From the IMG/VR virus record IMGVR_UViG_3300045450_000131, positions 1 through 33,227 of that record: 33,227 nt of DNA; one strand, 5' to 3'. This document shows, piece by piece, positions 1-8,102 of the stretch; within the stretch, counting starts at the first letter, position 1; the number at the start of each line of letters is the position of its first letter. The notes below the pieces were generated by a model, which was not told where the DNA came from, did not search any database, and was given only the letters and a program-made list of their open reading frames with translations. Source of the stretch: a virus (lineage: Duplodnaviria; Heunggongvirae; Uroviricota; Caudoviricetes). The position numbers and the translations under genes are program-made.

Positions 1-1
1 T

Positions 2-808
2 AGGAGCAATTACAGGAGCTCCCTGGACATCACCCACAATCTGCATGACGATGGTGTGTTTAACACCATCCAATGGGAAGTCTTGGCACGCAGCGAATTT
101 CTGCTGAGATACAGAGCCTGGGACGGTTATACCAACTTCATTGTGCGCTGCGCTATATGAGCGGGCTTGTTCATTGTCCATCCAGTCAATTGCAGCCTGA
201 CCATCATGTGCTGCAAGGCTCATTTGTGCAAAGGCTTCTCCTCGTGTTTGATGAGCAGCGGGCGTTGAATCGACGGAACTACCACTGGCTCTAACGCCCC
301 CTTTTGTAGAGTTGAGACGCATACCACTAAATGCGCCTAGTGTGTAGCGGTCATCTCGAGGAAGGACATCGTCATAACGAGAGTAAGATCGACTGGTGTA
401 AGTTTTATCCCAAATGGTTGTAGGAGTTCCAAGATATTGCTGTTGAATTGGGATTACTTTTTCAAATTCAAATTCAATCCTAATAATGCCATCATCAAGC
501 TTGTCACCACGGTGATTGCTAACCGCTGCAGTACGTTCGATGAACTTAAAGCGATTTCCCTCCGACATATTACCATTTTTAATGTATCGTTCCAAGTCAA
601 TTGACTCGTTAGGCTTAACGACCAATGTGAAGCCGCCTGTTGCACTTTCACCGTCAATGCTAATTTTTACTTGGGCGCGAACTGAATTTAAGTTTTTAAT
701 GAGAAGAGAATATTCAGAGCCGAATGGCACAAATACCTTTTCACCTTGCTCACGAAGAATCTTGCCGCCCGCTTTTACTGCTAATACTAGCTTATTTTGG
801 TACATCAT
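2..808 (-). CDS. Conserved large-phage hypothetical protein, 3' end runs off the window
   Basis: Not in the ORF track because it has no stop in the window. Manual translation from ATG at 808 (AAGGA RBS at 815-819) gives MMYQNKLVLAVKAGGKILREQGEKVFVPFGSEYSLLIKNLNSVRAQVKISIDG...GNRFKFIERT...DGIIRIEFEFEK, open to position 2. I recognise it as a family common in large phages. Confidence 0.85.
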   Translation of the reverse strand, partial: MMYQNKLVLAVKAGGKILREQGEKVFVPFGSEYSLLIKNLNSVRAQVKISIDGESATGGFTLVVKPNESIDLERYIKNGNMSEGNRFKFIERTAAVSNHRGDKLDDGIIRIEFEFEKVIPIQQQYLGTPTTIWDKTYTSRSYSRYDDVLPRDDRYTLGAFSGMRLNSTKGGVRASGSSVDSTPAAHQTRGEAFAQMSLAAHDGQAAIDWMDNEQARSYSAAHNEVGITVPGSVSQQKFAACQDFPLDGVKHTIVMQIVGDVQGAPVIAP

Positions 809-925
809 TTTGTTTCCTTAATTGTAACGGTTCACGGAGTAAGAACCCAATATTTTAAACTCCGTTTAAGTGAATGTAATTGCTACATTCAAGCTATTTA
901 TTATACTGCGCTAGCATAAAATTAT

Positions 926-933
926 TATAAATA
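926..933 (+). promoter_or_regulatory. T4-type late promoter TATAAATA
   Basis: Exact TATAAATA about 30 nt upstream of the ATG at 965; matches the T4 gp55-dependent consensus. Confidence 0.7.
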
Positions 934-964
934 CGCAGGATAAACGATGTGAAAGAAGGTGCGT

Positions 965-1720
965 ATGATTAAACTAATCATTGCATTTATGGCTGCTATT
1001 ACCTTAACTGCGTGTGGCGCGAAAGTTGATGAAAGTAAGATAGACTTGACAGAAGAAGAGCTGCAATTTATTGCCTCCCACCCGACTGTTACCTGGGCTT
1101 TGGAAGATAACCGGCCTCCTTATATTTTTGTGGAGAATTCCAATATTAAAGGATTGTCATTTGACTACTTAGTTTTAATTTCTAAAAAGACAGGTATAAA
1201 TTTCCAGCCAATTAGAACTGCTAATTTCTTCAACTCTATCGAGGCACTTAAAAATAAGCAGGTAGATGTAATGACTGCATTACGACCAACGCCATACAGA
1301 GCAGACTTTATGGGATTTACCCCACCTATCGCGTATAATGGTGGAGTTTTTCTTTTCAGGGTAAATACATTGCCGCGGTCTCCAATGACGACTGGTATTA
1401 GAAGAGGAGAAGCGGTAAAGGACTATCTCAAAGAGAGATTCCAAGATATGAAAATTGTAGAAGTAGAAGATGATGAGCAATCAATTTCTTTATTACAGAA
1501 AGGTCTACTTGACGGTTCAGTAATGGATGCTGGAAGCGCTAATTATCTCATGAATCACGCTGCCATTAAAATGAGAAAGGCGGCCATTAATTTTGACTAT
1601 CCGTACTCTTTCGGGTATCACAAAGACAATCACATCTTGGGGTCAATTTTAACTAAGGCAGTTATCTCAATATCTAACGATGATAAGAAAACACTGAATC
1701 AACAATGGATTAAGGATTAA
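965..1720 (+). CDS. Lipoprotein with type-2 periplasmic solute-binding (SBP family 3, BvgS/EvgS sensor-like Venus-flytrap) domain
   Basis: Signal peptide with lipobox LTAC. IDLTEEELQFIASHPTVTW...RPPYIF...GLSFDYLVLISKKTGINF is the typical start of PBP2 sensor domains of histidine kinases. No kinase or transmembrane output domain follows. Confidence 0.85.
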   Translation: MIKLIIAFMAAITLTACGAKVDESKIDLTEEELQFIASHPTVTWALEDNRPPYIFVENSNIKGLSFDYLVLISKKTGINFQPIRTANFFNSIEALKNKQVDVMTALRPTPYRADFMGFTPPIAYNGGVFLFRVNTLPRSPMTTGIRRGEAVKDYLKERFQDMKIVEVEDDEQSISLLQKGLLDGSVMDAGSANYLMNHAAIKMRKAAINFDYPYSFGYHKDNHILGSILTKAVISISNDDKKTLNQQWIKD

Positions 1721-1724
1721 CTTT

Positions 1725-2369
1725 ATGAGACGCGTCATTCGAAAAATAAGGGAAGAGAGGATTTGGAAGGGCATAACATTTTGCTTAACACTTGTGACGC
1801 TTGTAGCTGTTGCTAGTGTCGCTACAATGTATATGAATCGACCAGAAAAGCCTGCATTAAAGGCGCCCAATATATCTAGCAAGGTGCTAAAGATTTCACC
1901 ACGATCAGAAAGAATGTTGACTGACTACATGAAGACAAAAAGTCTAATCGTCGCAATTAGCACTGTTGATGCCGACCTAGCTAAGAACGAACGTCGCACA
2001 ACTTTCTTGACTTCTCAAAATGTAGAATTCCAACAAATTTGGGATTCATATATATTACGGAGAGAACCTTCTCCGGCGCTATTTACTAAGGAGCCAGATC
2101 AAAATGATCGTATTGCTAATTTGTTAAATGGTAATTTAGATTGCAGAGAATTTAAACGCACAATCAATATGGGATTTATTCCTGAAGCTGAAAAAATTGC
2201 ACCATGGATTTGCTCCATTTCAGTTCCGCCCGGCTTTGATGGTAGCGGCGATTTCGTTGGATTTATTAACTTCTTCCTAACCCGTGAATTATCAGATAGG
2301 GAGAAGAAAAGATTATCAGTTGATGCCGTTGACATTTCAACAGCGATTTATAATCAGGATTTAAAATGA
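1725..2369 (+). CDS. Single-pass membrane protein with predicted periplasmic GAF-like domain (T4 holin T-like?), paralog 1
   Basis: Basic N-terminus, one hydrophobic helix (GITFCLTLVTLVAVASVATMY), two Cys, motifs RIANLLNG and ICSISVPPG..GDFVGFINFFL shared with the next ORF. The holin-like call is inference. Confidence 0.55.
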   Translation: MRRVIRKIREERIWKGITFCLTLVTLVAVASVATMYMNRPEKPALKAPNISSKVLKISPRSERMLTDYMKTKSLIVAISTVDADLAKNERRTTFLTSQNVEFQQIWDSYILRREPSPALFTKEPDQNDRIANLLNGNLDCREFKRTINMGFIPEAEKIAPWICSISVPPGFDGSGDFVGFINFFLTRELSDREKKRLSVDAVDISTAIYNQDLK

Positions 2370-3028
2370 GCACAAAGAAAGATAATACACGGAAGTGGAA
2401 AATTGCTACTATTATATTAGCGGTAGTTGCATCCATCTCCGTTGCTACTTTAGGTTGGCAGTTAAGGCAGCCAATTATTCGGCAAATTACCGGTAAAAAG
2501 GTAAACCTTGATAATGCAAGGTCTCCAAATCCTGGTAAAGAATCTCAAGCAGATTTAATAAAGTACGTTAATAGCAAAAATGCCATAATGGGAATAAATA
2601 TTGTTAAGGTGGACTTTAAGCTGAATACCCGAAGCACGACCTTTAGATATTATAAAGACGAAGCAGTCACACAAGCATGGAATGATTTTATCGCACGCAA
2701 TGTGCAAGTAGATTTGTTTGGTAAGAATGAGTTAATTAATCAACGAATTGTAAATTTAATTAATGGTCAATTTTCATGTGCACCGGTAGAAGAAACAAGT
2801 GCAGGGATGGTTATCCCAACAATTAGAGAACATGCAACGACAGTTTGTTTAGCGCCTATACCTCCAGGGTATGGCGACTTTATTGGGTTTATTAATGTGT
2901 TTTTAAGACAGCCGCCAAGTTTAGCAGATATTAAAGACGTAGAAACTGAAACAAGAAAACTCTCGCTTGATATGTATGAACGAGATATCGTAAAATCAAA
3001 TAAGAAGTTTGATATGTTTAAAATGTAA
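2366..3028 (+). CDS. Single-pass membrane protein with predicted periplasmic GAF-like domain, paralog 2
   Basis: ATGA overlap with the previous gene; TM helix IATIILAVVASISVATLGW; motifs RIVNLING and VCLAPIPPGYGDFIGFINVFL align with paralog 1. Confidence 0.55.
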   Translation: MSTKKDNTRKWKIATIILAVVASISVATLGWQLRQPIIRQITGKKVNLDNARSPNPGKESQADLIKYVNSKNAIMGINIVKVDFKLNTRSTTFRYYKDEAVTQAWNDFIARNVQVDLFGKNELINQRIVNLINGQFSCAPVEETSAGMVIPTIREHATTVCLAPIPPGYGDFIGFINVFLRQPPSLADIKDVETETRKLSLDMYERDIVKSNKKFDMFKM

Positions 3029-3052
3029 AAAGGGGCCATATGGCCCCTTTTT
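3027..3052. terminator. Bidirectional intrinsic terminator
   Basis: Perfect palindrome AAAAAGGGGCCATATGGCCCCTTTTT between convergent genes. Confidence 0.85.
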
Positions 3053-3944
3053 ATTTGTACTTACGAAGTTCGCTCCGAGTAGGAGCTTTCTCAATAACAT
3101 CATTAGATAAGTTATACTTTGCGAGTACCTTGTGATTGGCGCTTTCTCGAGAAATAACAGTTTTCTTTGGTTGAATGCGACTCCAACTTTCAATGAAATA
3201 ATGAGAGGTGGGTGGAATGTCAAAAGCTCCATTAGAAAATGTCCTCTGGTGCTGAATTCCTCGAATTGTTTTCTGCTGAGGATTCATTTTATCCCACGCT
3301 TTAATATCAATATTCCCCGGACGAGTATAATAATATTCAATTTTACGTGCATCTTTGTAGTTGTAAACATACCAGATTCCGTCAACCTTATTCAGCTCGG
3401 TATTTTCGTCAATCAGGATGCGTGCTTCTTTGTTTTTAGACTTTTCAATTTCAGCGTATTTCCTACGACGTGCGGCGTTGCTGACTCGCCGATCATTTGT
3501 CATCAAAATGTCTGTTTCGGGATCGACATACCACAAAACATAGCTTGCATACTCGAGGTCTCGCCAGCCAGAATAGTTATCGTAGATGAAGATTTCCCCA
3601 TCAACCTTTTTTGTGTTAATTTTGACGTACTGAAACAGGTGAAGCAGGATGTGGTCGTTCACAACCTTTCGCTTATCAAAGTTCTGGCAAAACTCGCTAT
3701 AGAAGTCATCCCACTTTCGCCCGACATTTTTCTCAATCATACGCTTGAGAGGGCTGAGGTTTTCGTTGAACTCTTTGCGATCCCCATAGGTACTGTAACG
3801 CTTCTTCATGCTCTCGCGGCCACCGAAAGGGTTGCCATCTTCATCGCGAATTTCGTACTTGGTTTTACGGCGTTGTTCACGGTAAGAACGTTCGTGGCCA
3901 ACGCGGGCATTTTCGGTCAGGATTTTGTTAAGGTCTTGACGCAT
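3051..3944 (-). CDS. Conserved hypothetical protein, basic, early
   Basis: 297 aa, AAGGAG RBS, early promoter upstream. Motif KEFNENLSPLKRMIEKNVGRKWDDFYSE resembles an uncharacterised bacterial family (LNENLAPLRRYL...VGRPW..VYSE). Confidence 0.85.
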   Translation of the reverse strand: MRQDLNKILTENARVGHERSYREQRRKTKYEIRDEDGNPFGGRESMKKRYSTYGDRKEFNENLSPLKRMIEKNVGRKWDDFYSEFCQNFDKRKVVNDHILLHLFQYVKINTKKVDGEIFIYDNYSGWRDLEYASYVLWYVDPETDILMTNDRRVSNAARRRKYAEIEKSKNKEARILIDENTELNKVDGIWYVYNYKDARKIEYYYTRPGNIDIKAWDKMNPQQKTIRGIQHQRTFSNGAFDIPPTSHYFIESWSRIQPKKTVISRESANHKVLAKYNLSNDVIEKAPTRSELRKYK

Positions 3945-3971
3945 TGTTCTCCTTATTTGTTGCCGTAGATA

Positions 3972-4001
3972 ATTATACTACAACGTGCAGCACATGTACA
4001 C
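3972..4001 (-). promoter_or_regulatory. Early promoter GTGTACA-N17-TATAAT
   Basis: Minus strand GTGTACATGTGCTGCACGTTGTAGTATAAT; motif recurs throughout the window. Confidence 0.75.
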
Positions 4002-4816
4002 TACTTTGGCATTCTTCTGCCTGCATCGGCAATAGTTTTTGCAAATGCATTTAACTGTGCCGAGGTGTAGGCGAATAAAATATTTAAAGCTTGAGCGGCA
4101 TCAGCAACTCTATCTTCAGCCGTAGTTTTCATTTTAGCAGATAATAATGACTTGAAATTATTATCATCCAGCTTAAAGTCATCGTCAATTCTAAATAGCT
4201 TCTTGAAAAATGATGCTTCCTTCTGTGCAAATTTTTCCAGCGGTTCAGGCAACTTACCACTCTCTGCTATCTTTTCTGCATCATCTTGAAACTTGCTTGA
4301 TTGCTTTGTTGTTATTTTTCTCTGCCCGACTAATGACGTGTTCATGCTTTTAGTCAGGTCATCTACTTTATTAGCTAGATTCTTAAATGTCTTAAAAGCA
4401 TTTACTGCGCCTGCCCTAGTTTTTAAATTCTGAGAAATATATTCAGGTCCGATGTCACTGCCATAATTAGGAAAGTTATCAAAGAATTGGTTTAAGAAAT
4501 TATCAGCTAATTGCTTAGCATTAACTTTATCCTGATTCTCTTCATCCTTGGCTTTAGCTACTGCATCTAATGAATTTTGTTTATCTTGTGCGGTCTGTTG
4601 TGCTTTTTGCTTATTAATAGCATCCTCAGCATCTTTCTTTTGCTTATCTACTTCCGCCTGCGCTTTAGCAGCAATGTCCTTATTTTTAAAGTCCGCGAAC
4701 TGGTGCTTAGATTTCGCGGTATTATATCCGGTTTTTAAGTCACCAGCAATTTTAGCAACACCTGCAGTGATGTCTTCATCTTCATTAATAATTTGTGAGA
4801 GTACTTTGAACGTCAT
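4001..4816 (-). CDS. Hypothetical alpha-helical K/A/Q-rich protein, late; possible virion-internal protein
   Basis: Start moved to ATG 4816 (GAAGGA RBS); TATAAATA about 20 nt upstream. Function is inference. Confidence 0.75.
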   Translation of the reverse strand: MTFKVLSQIINEDEDITAGVAKIAGDLKTGYNTAKSKHQFADFKNKDIAAKAQAEVDKQKKDAEDAINKQKAQQTAQDKQNSLDAVAKAKDEENQDKVNAKQLADNFLNQFFDNFPNYGSDIGPEYISQNLKTRAGAVNAFKTFKNLANKVDDLTKSMNTSLVGQRKITTKQSSKFQDDAEKIAESGKLPEPLEKFAQKEASFFKKLFRIDDDFKLDDNNFKSLLSAKMKTTAEDRVADAAQALNILFAYTSAQLNAFAKTIADAGRRMPK

Positions 4817-4837
4817 ACTGGATTCCTTCATTTACGA

Positions 4838-4845
4838 TATTTATA
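4838..4845 (-). promoter_or_regulatory. T4-type late promoter TATAAATA
   Basis: Plus strand reads tatttata; a second box CTAAATA lies at 4877-4883. Confidence 0.7.
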
Positions 4846-4851
4846 CCCCAC

Positions 4852-4873
4852 AACGGGCTCATGCGAGCCCGTT
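4852..4873 (-). terminator. Hairpin, probable terminator after the HD gene
   Basis: 9-bp stem AACGGGCTC/GAGCCCGTT with 4-nt loop; weak U-tract. Confidence 0.55.
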
Positions 4874-4905
4874 TCTTATTTAGCAACTAATGCTTATGAT
4901 ATGCG

Positions 4906-5679
4906 CTAGTCGTAAATTGGTGTGTGTTTCAATTCTTCATATCTCGATTTTAGTTCCTCACACGCAATAGGAGCACTAATAGGAAATCTAAATGACATCA
5001 GCATTTGAGGTTGTGGTCGAAGTCCTGGTAAATTCCATGTAAGCCCTCGGGACGGCATAAAGTGATATGCTTCCACCATTAGTGCATACATGTCTGCCCA
5101 CCCGACAATGTAGTCTGAATACCTGCGCATCCCAGGCCACTTATCAACGTAGTCAAATTTAAATCTTTTCAAGATAATTTCATCTAGATTGCGCTCTACC
5201 TTTTTATATGCTTCATATAAGCCAGGAATTCGCTTGACTGGAGTTGGCAAGTCAACAATGTATGCCTCAGCAAAGTCATGCAGCAATCCGTGTAATGATA
5301 CATTGCGCTTAAATTCCAAGTCATGCATCTTAATTCGATCGCTTAAATCGGTTAAGAATTCAAATTGCTGTTCACATCTGGACTTGTGATCTTCTTTAGC
5401 ATCGTCAGACTCTAGCATTGCTTGTTCCATACCGCGCTCAATAGTTTCCATCAGCACGTCATATAGATGCTCGCCTGGAGTCAGCGCCTCCTCGATGTAG
5501 CGTGACACCATTACGGTGTGTTGGGCTACGCTATATGGCAATTCACTGAGGGTGTGGCCTCCATATCGACCTTGCCGAGATAATGCCCAGGCAATGTCAT
5601 CTAGCTTAATGTCATCTGGATTTGGGTTAACGACATCTAAAAAGATGCCGCTAACTGTTTCAATTTCATGATTCTGCAT
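4906..5679 (-). CDS. HD-domain phosphohydrolase (YfbR/YfdR-like 5'-deoxynucleotidase family)
   Basis: DIAWALSRQGRYGGHT, YSVAQH, GLLHDFAEAYIVDLPTPVK motifs; about 60-aa insertion between the motifs. Confidence 0.85.
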   Translation of the reverse strand: MQNHEIETVSGIFLDVVNPNPDDIKLDDIAWALSRQGRYGGHTLSELPYSVAQHTVMVSRYIEEALTPGEHLYDVLMETIERGMEQAMLESDDAKEDHKSRCEQQFEFLTDLSDRIKMHDLEFKRNVSLHGLLHDFAEAYIVDLPTPVKRIPGLYEAYKKVERNLDEIILKRFKFDYVDKWPGMRRYSDYIVGWADMYALMVEAYHFMPSRGLTWNLPGLRPQPQMLMSFRFPISAPIACEELKSRYEELKHTPIYD

Positions 5680-5682
5680 AGT

Positions 5683-6306
5683 TTACATTGACCTAATGCC
5701 AGCATCGTTATAAGCAGCGAAAGGCTTATTCAGACTTAGGTTATTATTTCGTGCTTCAAATTCCCGATAGCGTTTTGCGCAGGCAGGCGACCGGGTATAA
5801 AATTCCAACGCATCAAAAATAAGAACGTCAACAACGTTGGTCATGTCATCATTAAGAATGACTTCATGCACTTCGTAGTTACTGATGAATGCAAAATTAA
5901 TATTCGAGAAGTACAAGCGAACTGGGCCTGCCTTGTCAAAGATGCGGCCCATTTTATTCTTACTTGATTTCCAGCTGGGCGAAATGAACTTTTTAGTTCT
6001 CTTGTCTTTGATTTTGTAAATTGCCTGTGGGTTTCCAGAGGCTGCAAAGGTGCGTTGATTGAGCTTCTCCTTTGCGTCTTCAAAGGTCATTGCAAGCGCG
6101 GACGACTTGTGCAATCCAAGTTCCACGTTTGCAATCTCAATAATTTTTACCTGTTTAGATTCAATTTCACGTTTAAAGCTAGAACTTAGTTTATTAATTA
6201 TGGAGCGAAGACTCCGATAAAAACGTGGAAATGTAGAGATATTACCACTATTACCTAGGTATAGCGTTTTAGCGCCAGTGTTAAACTCGCAAATATATGC
6301 TTTCAT
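5683..6306 (-). CDS. Hypothetical protein
   Basis: 207-aa ORF in operon context; no motif recognised. Confidence 0.7.
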   Translation of the reverse strand: MKAYICEFNTGAKTLYLGNSGNISTFPRFYRSLRSIINKLSSSFKREIESKQVKIIEIANVELGLHKSSALAMTFEDAKEKLNQRTFAASGNPQAIYKIKDKRTKKFISPSWKSSKNKMGRIFDKAGPVRLYFSNINFAFISNYEVHEVILNDDMTNVVDVLIFDALEFYTRSPACAKRYREFEARNNNLSLNKPFAAYNDAGIRSM

Positions 6307-6326
6307 GTATATGCTTTCATGTATAT
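6294..6326. repeat. 14-bp tandem duplication over a start codon
   Basis: TATATGCTTTCATG twice plus TATAT. Confidence 0.9.
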
Positions 6327-6339
6327 TTTATTCCTTATG

Positions 6340-6546
6340 TTACCAGCGCTCAATTGGGCAAGATGCATTTAAGATTTTGACCTTTAAATCTAAAAAGCAG
6401 CCGCACAAATTGCACTGTCGAGATAGCTTCTTAAAAGCAGGGCAAGGCTCGCACACCTTCATCCGTTCGTGTGCGAGCTCCTTTTCACTTAGCTTTAACT
6501 TACCAGCTAAGACGTCCTTTGCAATTTCTTTTAATGTGTATGTCAC
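6340..6546 (-). CDS. Small Cys-rich protein (DUF6171-like, probable metal-binding)
   Basis: CEPC...CNLCGCFLDLK...CPIERW pattern. Confidence 0.75.
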   Translation of the reverse strand: MTYTLKEIAKDVLAGKLKLSEKELAHERMKVCEPCPAFKKLSRQCNLCGCFLDLKVKILNASCPIERW

Positions 6547-6833
6547 TCTGCGTTCATCATCATTGGTAGAGAGTCACCAAAGGCGTAAGGGCAGTATTGC
6601 TTCCACAACTTCAGCGCCAGCTCTTGGTTAACTTCGTTAAGCTTCACCACCAGACTTTCTGCAATTTTAATTTTCTTCTGGCCCTTGTTGAAGCGATCAT
6701 CTCCAATTTCACCCAAGTCAAAGTCCCAATCCACGCCCTTTAGCGCTTGTTCGGTTTGTGCTTCCAGAGAAAGCACAGCCTTCTCATTAGAGTTATCAAC
6801 ATTGCTCAGCATCAAAATTTCATCAACTTTCAT
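6543..6833 (-). CDS. Hypothetical protein
   Basis: Start moved to ATG 6833; TGA/ATG coupling to the next gene. Confidence 0.65.
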   Translation of the reverse strand: MKVDEILMLSNVDNSNEKAVLSLEAQTEQALKGVDWDFDLGEIGDDRFNKGQKKIKIAESLVVKLNEVNQELALKLWKQYCPYAFGDSLPMMMNAE

Positions 6834-6969
6834 CTTTTGTATCCTTTGCAAAAATAACAACTAGCACTAACAATGCAATTATAACACCAATGGCAATGTA
6901 TGTAAACGTGATCGTAGCACCAACAATAATGTTGACTAGAATGTAAAAGAACCCGATCACGTAATCCAT
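6823..6969 (-). CDS. 48-aa membrane peptide
   Basis: Below the track cutoff; manual translation MDYVIGFFYILVNIIVGATITFTYIAIGVIIALLVLVVIFAKDTKDES fills the gap exactly. Confidence 0.6.
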   Translation of the reverse strand: MDYVIGFFYILVNIIVGATITFTYIAIGVIIALLVLVVIFAKDTKDES

Positions 6970-6980
6970 ACTTTTATACC

Positions 6981-7421
6981 TTAGCGCCGCCGCGTCTTGC
7001 CAGCCGTAATATCCTTCATCATCTCGTCAGTCACAAGCACGTCACCGCCCTTGTTGTAAGCCGGTGCAGTCGCGAACTTACGCTCACGTGCCAGCTTTTC
7101 ACGCTCGACCATTTCAGGATTATCCTTGTACATGATCTCGGGTCGAATGACTGCCTTCGTAGCGTCTCCACCTGCGGTCACCTTGCTCGGCAGCGACTTG
7201 ATGCGCTGAGTAGCTTCACCGCGCTTAATAACCTTGTCGCTATCCACGATGGGAGACAAAGTCTTATCAGTGGAGACACGACCTTTATATTTACTGGAAT
7301 TAAAGAGTGGTGTCGAATTGATCTTTGCGAGCCATTCTGCCTCAGCCTTTGCTGCTTCCTGCCAACCTGGCTTCTTCTTTGGGTTCTTGCACTTACCACC
7401 AGCATAGATCATCTTACCCAT
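6981..7421 (-). CDS. Conserved T4-like-phage hypothetical protein
   Basis: Basic protein with C-terminal APAYNKGG motif; early promoter and GGAG RBS. Confidence 0.8.
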   Translation of the reverse strand: MGKMIYAGGKCKNPKKKPGWQEAAKAEAEWLAKINSTPLFNSSKYKGRVSTDKTLSPIVDSDKVIKRGEATQRIKSLPSKVTAGGDATKAVIRPEIMYKDNPEMVEREKLARERKFATAPAYNKGGDVLVTDEMMKDITAGKTRRR

Positions 7422-7450
7422 AATACTCCTAATATCTGCAATATGAATGT

Positions 7451-7480
7451 ATTATACTTCACATAGTTAGTTTTGTACAC
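7451..7480 (-). promoter_or_regulatory. Early promoter GTGTACA-N17-TATAAT
   Basis: Exact motif and 17-nt spacing. Confidence 0.75.
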
Positions 7481-7643
7481 TGATCTTTTCTAGCTGAGCG
7501 TGAAGTCGTTCTAGAAAGTCATGGCCAATTACAAAGGGAACATTCTTGCCATCATCGTCTTTTTCTTTTGCTTTGCCTTCAACGTAAAATTTTGCCATCC
7601 CTGCTTTCTCAGCAGCCACTTTGAGTTGCTCAATCGTTACCAT
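7467..7643 (-). CDS. Hypothetical protein
   Basis: Start moved to ATG 7643 (GGAG RBS). Confidence 0.6.
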   Translation of the reverse strand: MVTIEQLKVAAEKAGMAKFYVEGKAKEKDDDGKNVPFVIGHDFLERLHAQLEKISVQN

Positions 7644-7845
7644 ATTGGGCTTCTCCAAAAAAGATAGACATATTTTCATCTTGCATTACACCCGCCAGCT
7701 TGTCATTAGTTTCGGCAAATAAGTCAGTTTTTGCATCGTAAAATGCATAACTTGGCTTACAGCTTTCTACTTCCGTCTCGTTGAATACAAATGCAATGAC
7801 CTTGTTGTCTTCATCCAGAATGGTCGCGTTGCTTGAAATAATCAT
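7630..7845 (-). CDS. Hypothetical acidic protein
   Basis: Start moved to ATG 7845, directly after the upstream stop. Confidence 0.6.
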   Translation of the reverse strand: MIISSNATILDEDNKVIAFVFNETEVESCKPSYAFYDAKTDLFAETNDKLAGVMQDENMSIFFGEAQYGND

Positions 7846-7846
7846 A

Positions 7847-8101
7847 TTATTGTTTTGCTTTGTTAATGTAATGGTCTGCGATGTGGGATGCGGCAATCTC
7901 ACTTACTTCCGTCATGGCACTTGCCAAGCGCTCGCTCTGATATTGCAGTTCGTCTTTAATTGCACCATTCATTCCACCAGGGTGACGCAGGGCCTCCTGT
8001 TCGAGTTGTCTTTGGTACACAATAGCCGCCTGCTTCTTATCATCTGGCAGCCCATTAATGTAATCCCAGAGCGCTTTGGTGGCTTCTTCGACAGTTTGCA
8101 T
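7847..8101 (-). CDS. Hypothetical helical protein
   Basis: 84-aa ORF abutting its neighbours. Confidence 0.65.
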   Translation of the reverse strand: MQTVEEATKALWDYINGLPDDKKQAAIVYQRQLEQEALRHPGGMNGAIKDELQYQSERLASAMTEVSEIAASHIADHYINKAKQ

Positions 8102-8102
8102 T

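Noticed and set aside
73-821. Plus-strand ORFs 73..294 and 516..821
   Set aside because: They are antisense shadows of the real minus-strand gene starting at 808, which has an RBS and a recognisable sequence.
3132-3968. 278-aa plus-strand ORF
   Set aside because: Exactly antisense to the 297-aa gene; no RBS or motifs; typical shadow of biased codon usage.
4906-5679. DatZ / 2-aminoadenine genome interpretation of the HD gene
   Set aside because: No PurZ or MazZ in the window, and the motifs fit the widespread YfbR/YfdR type.
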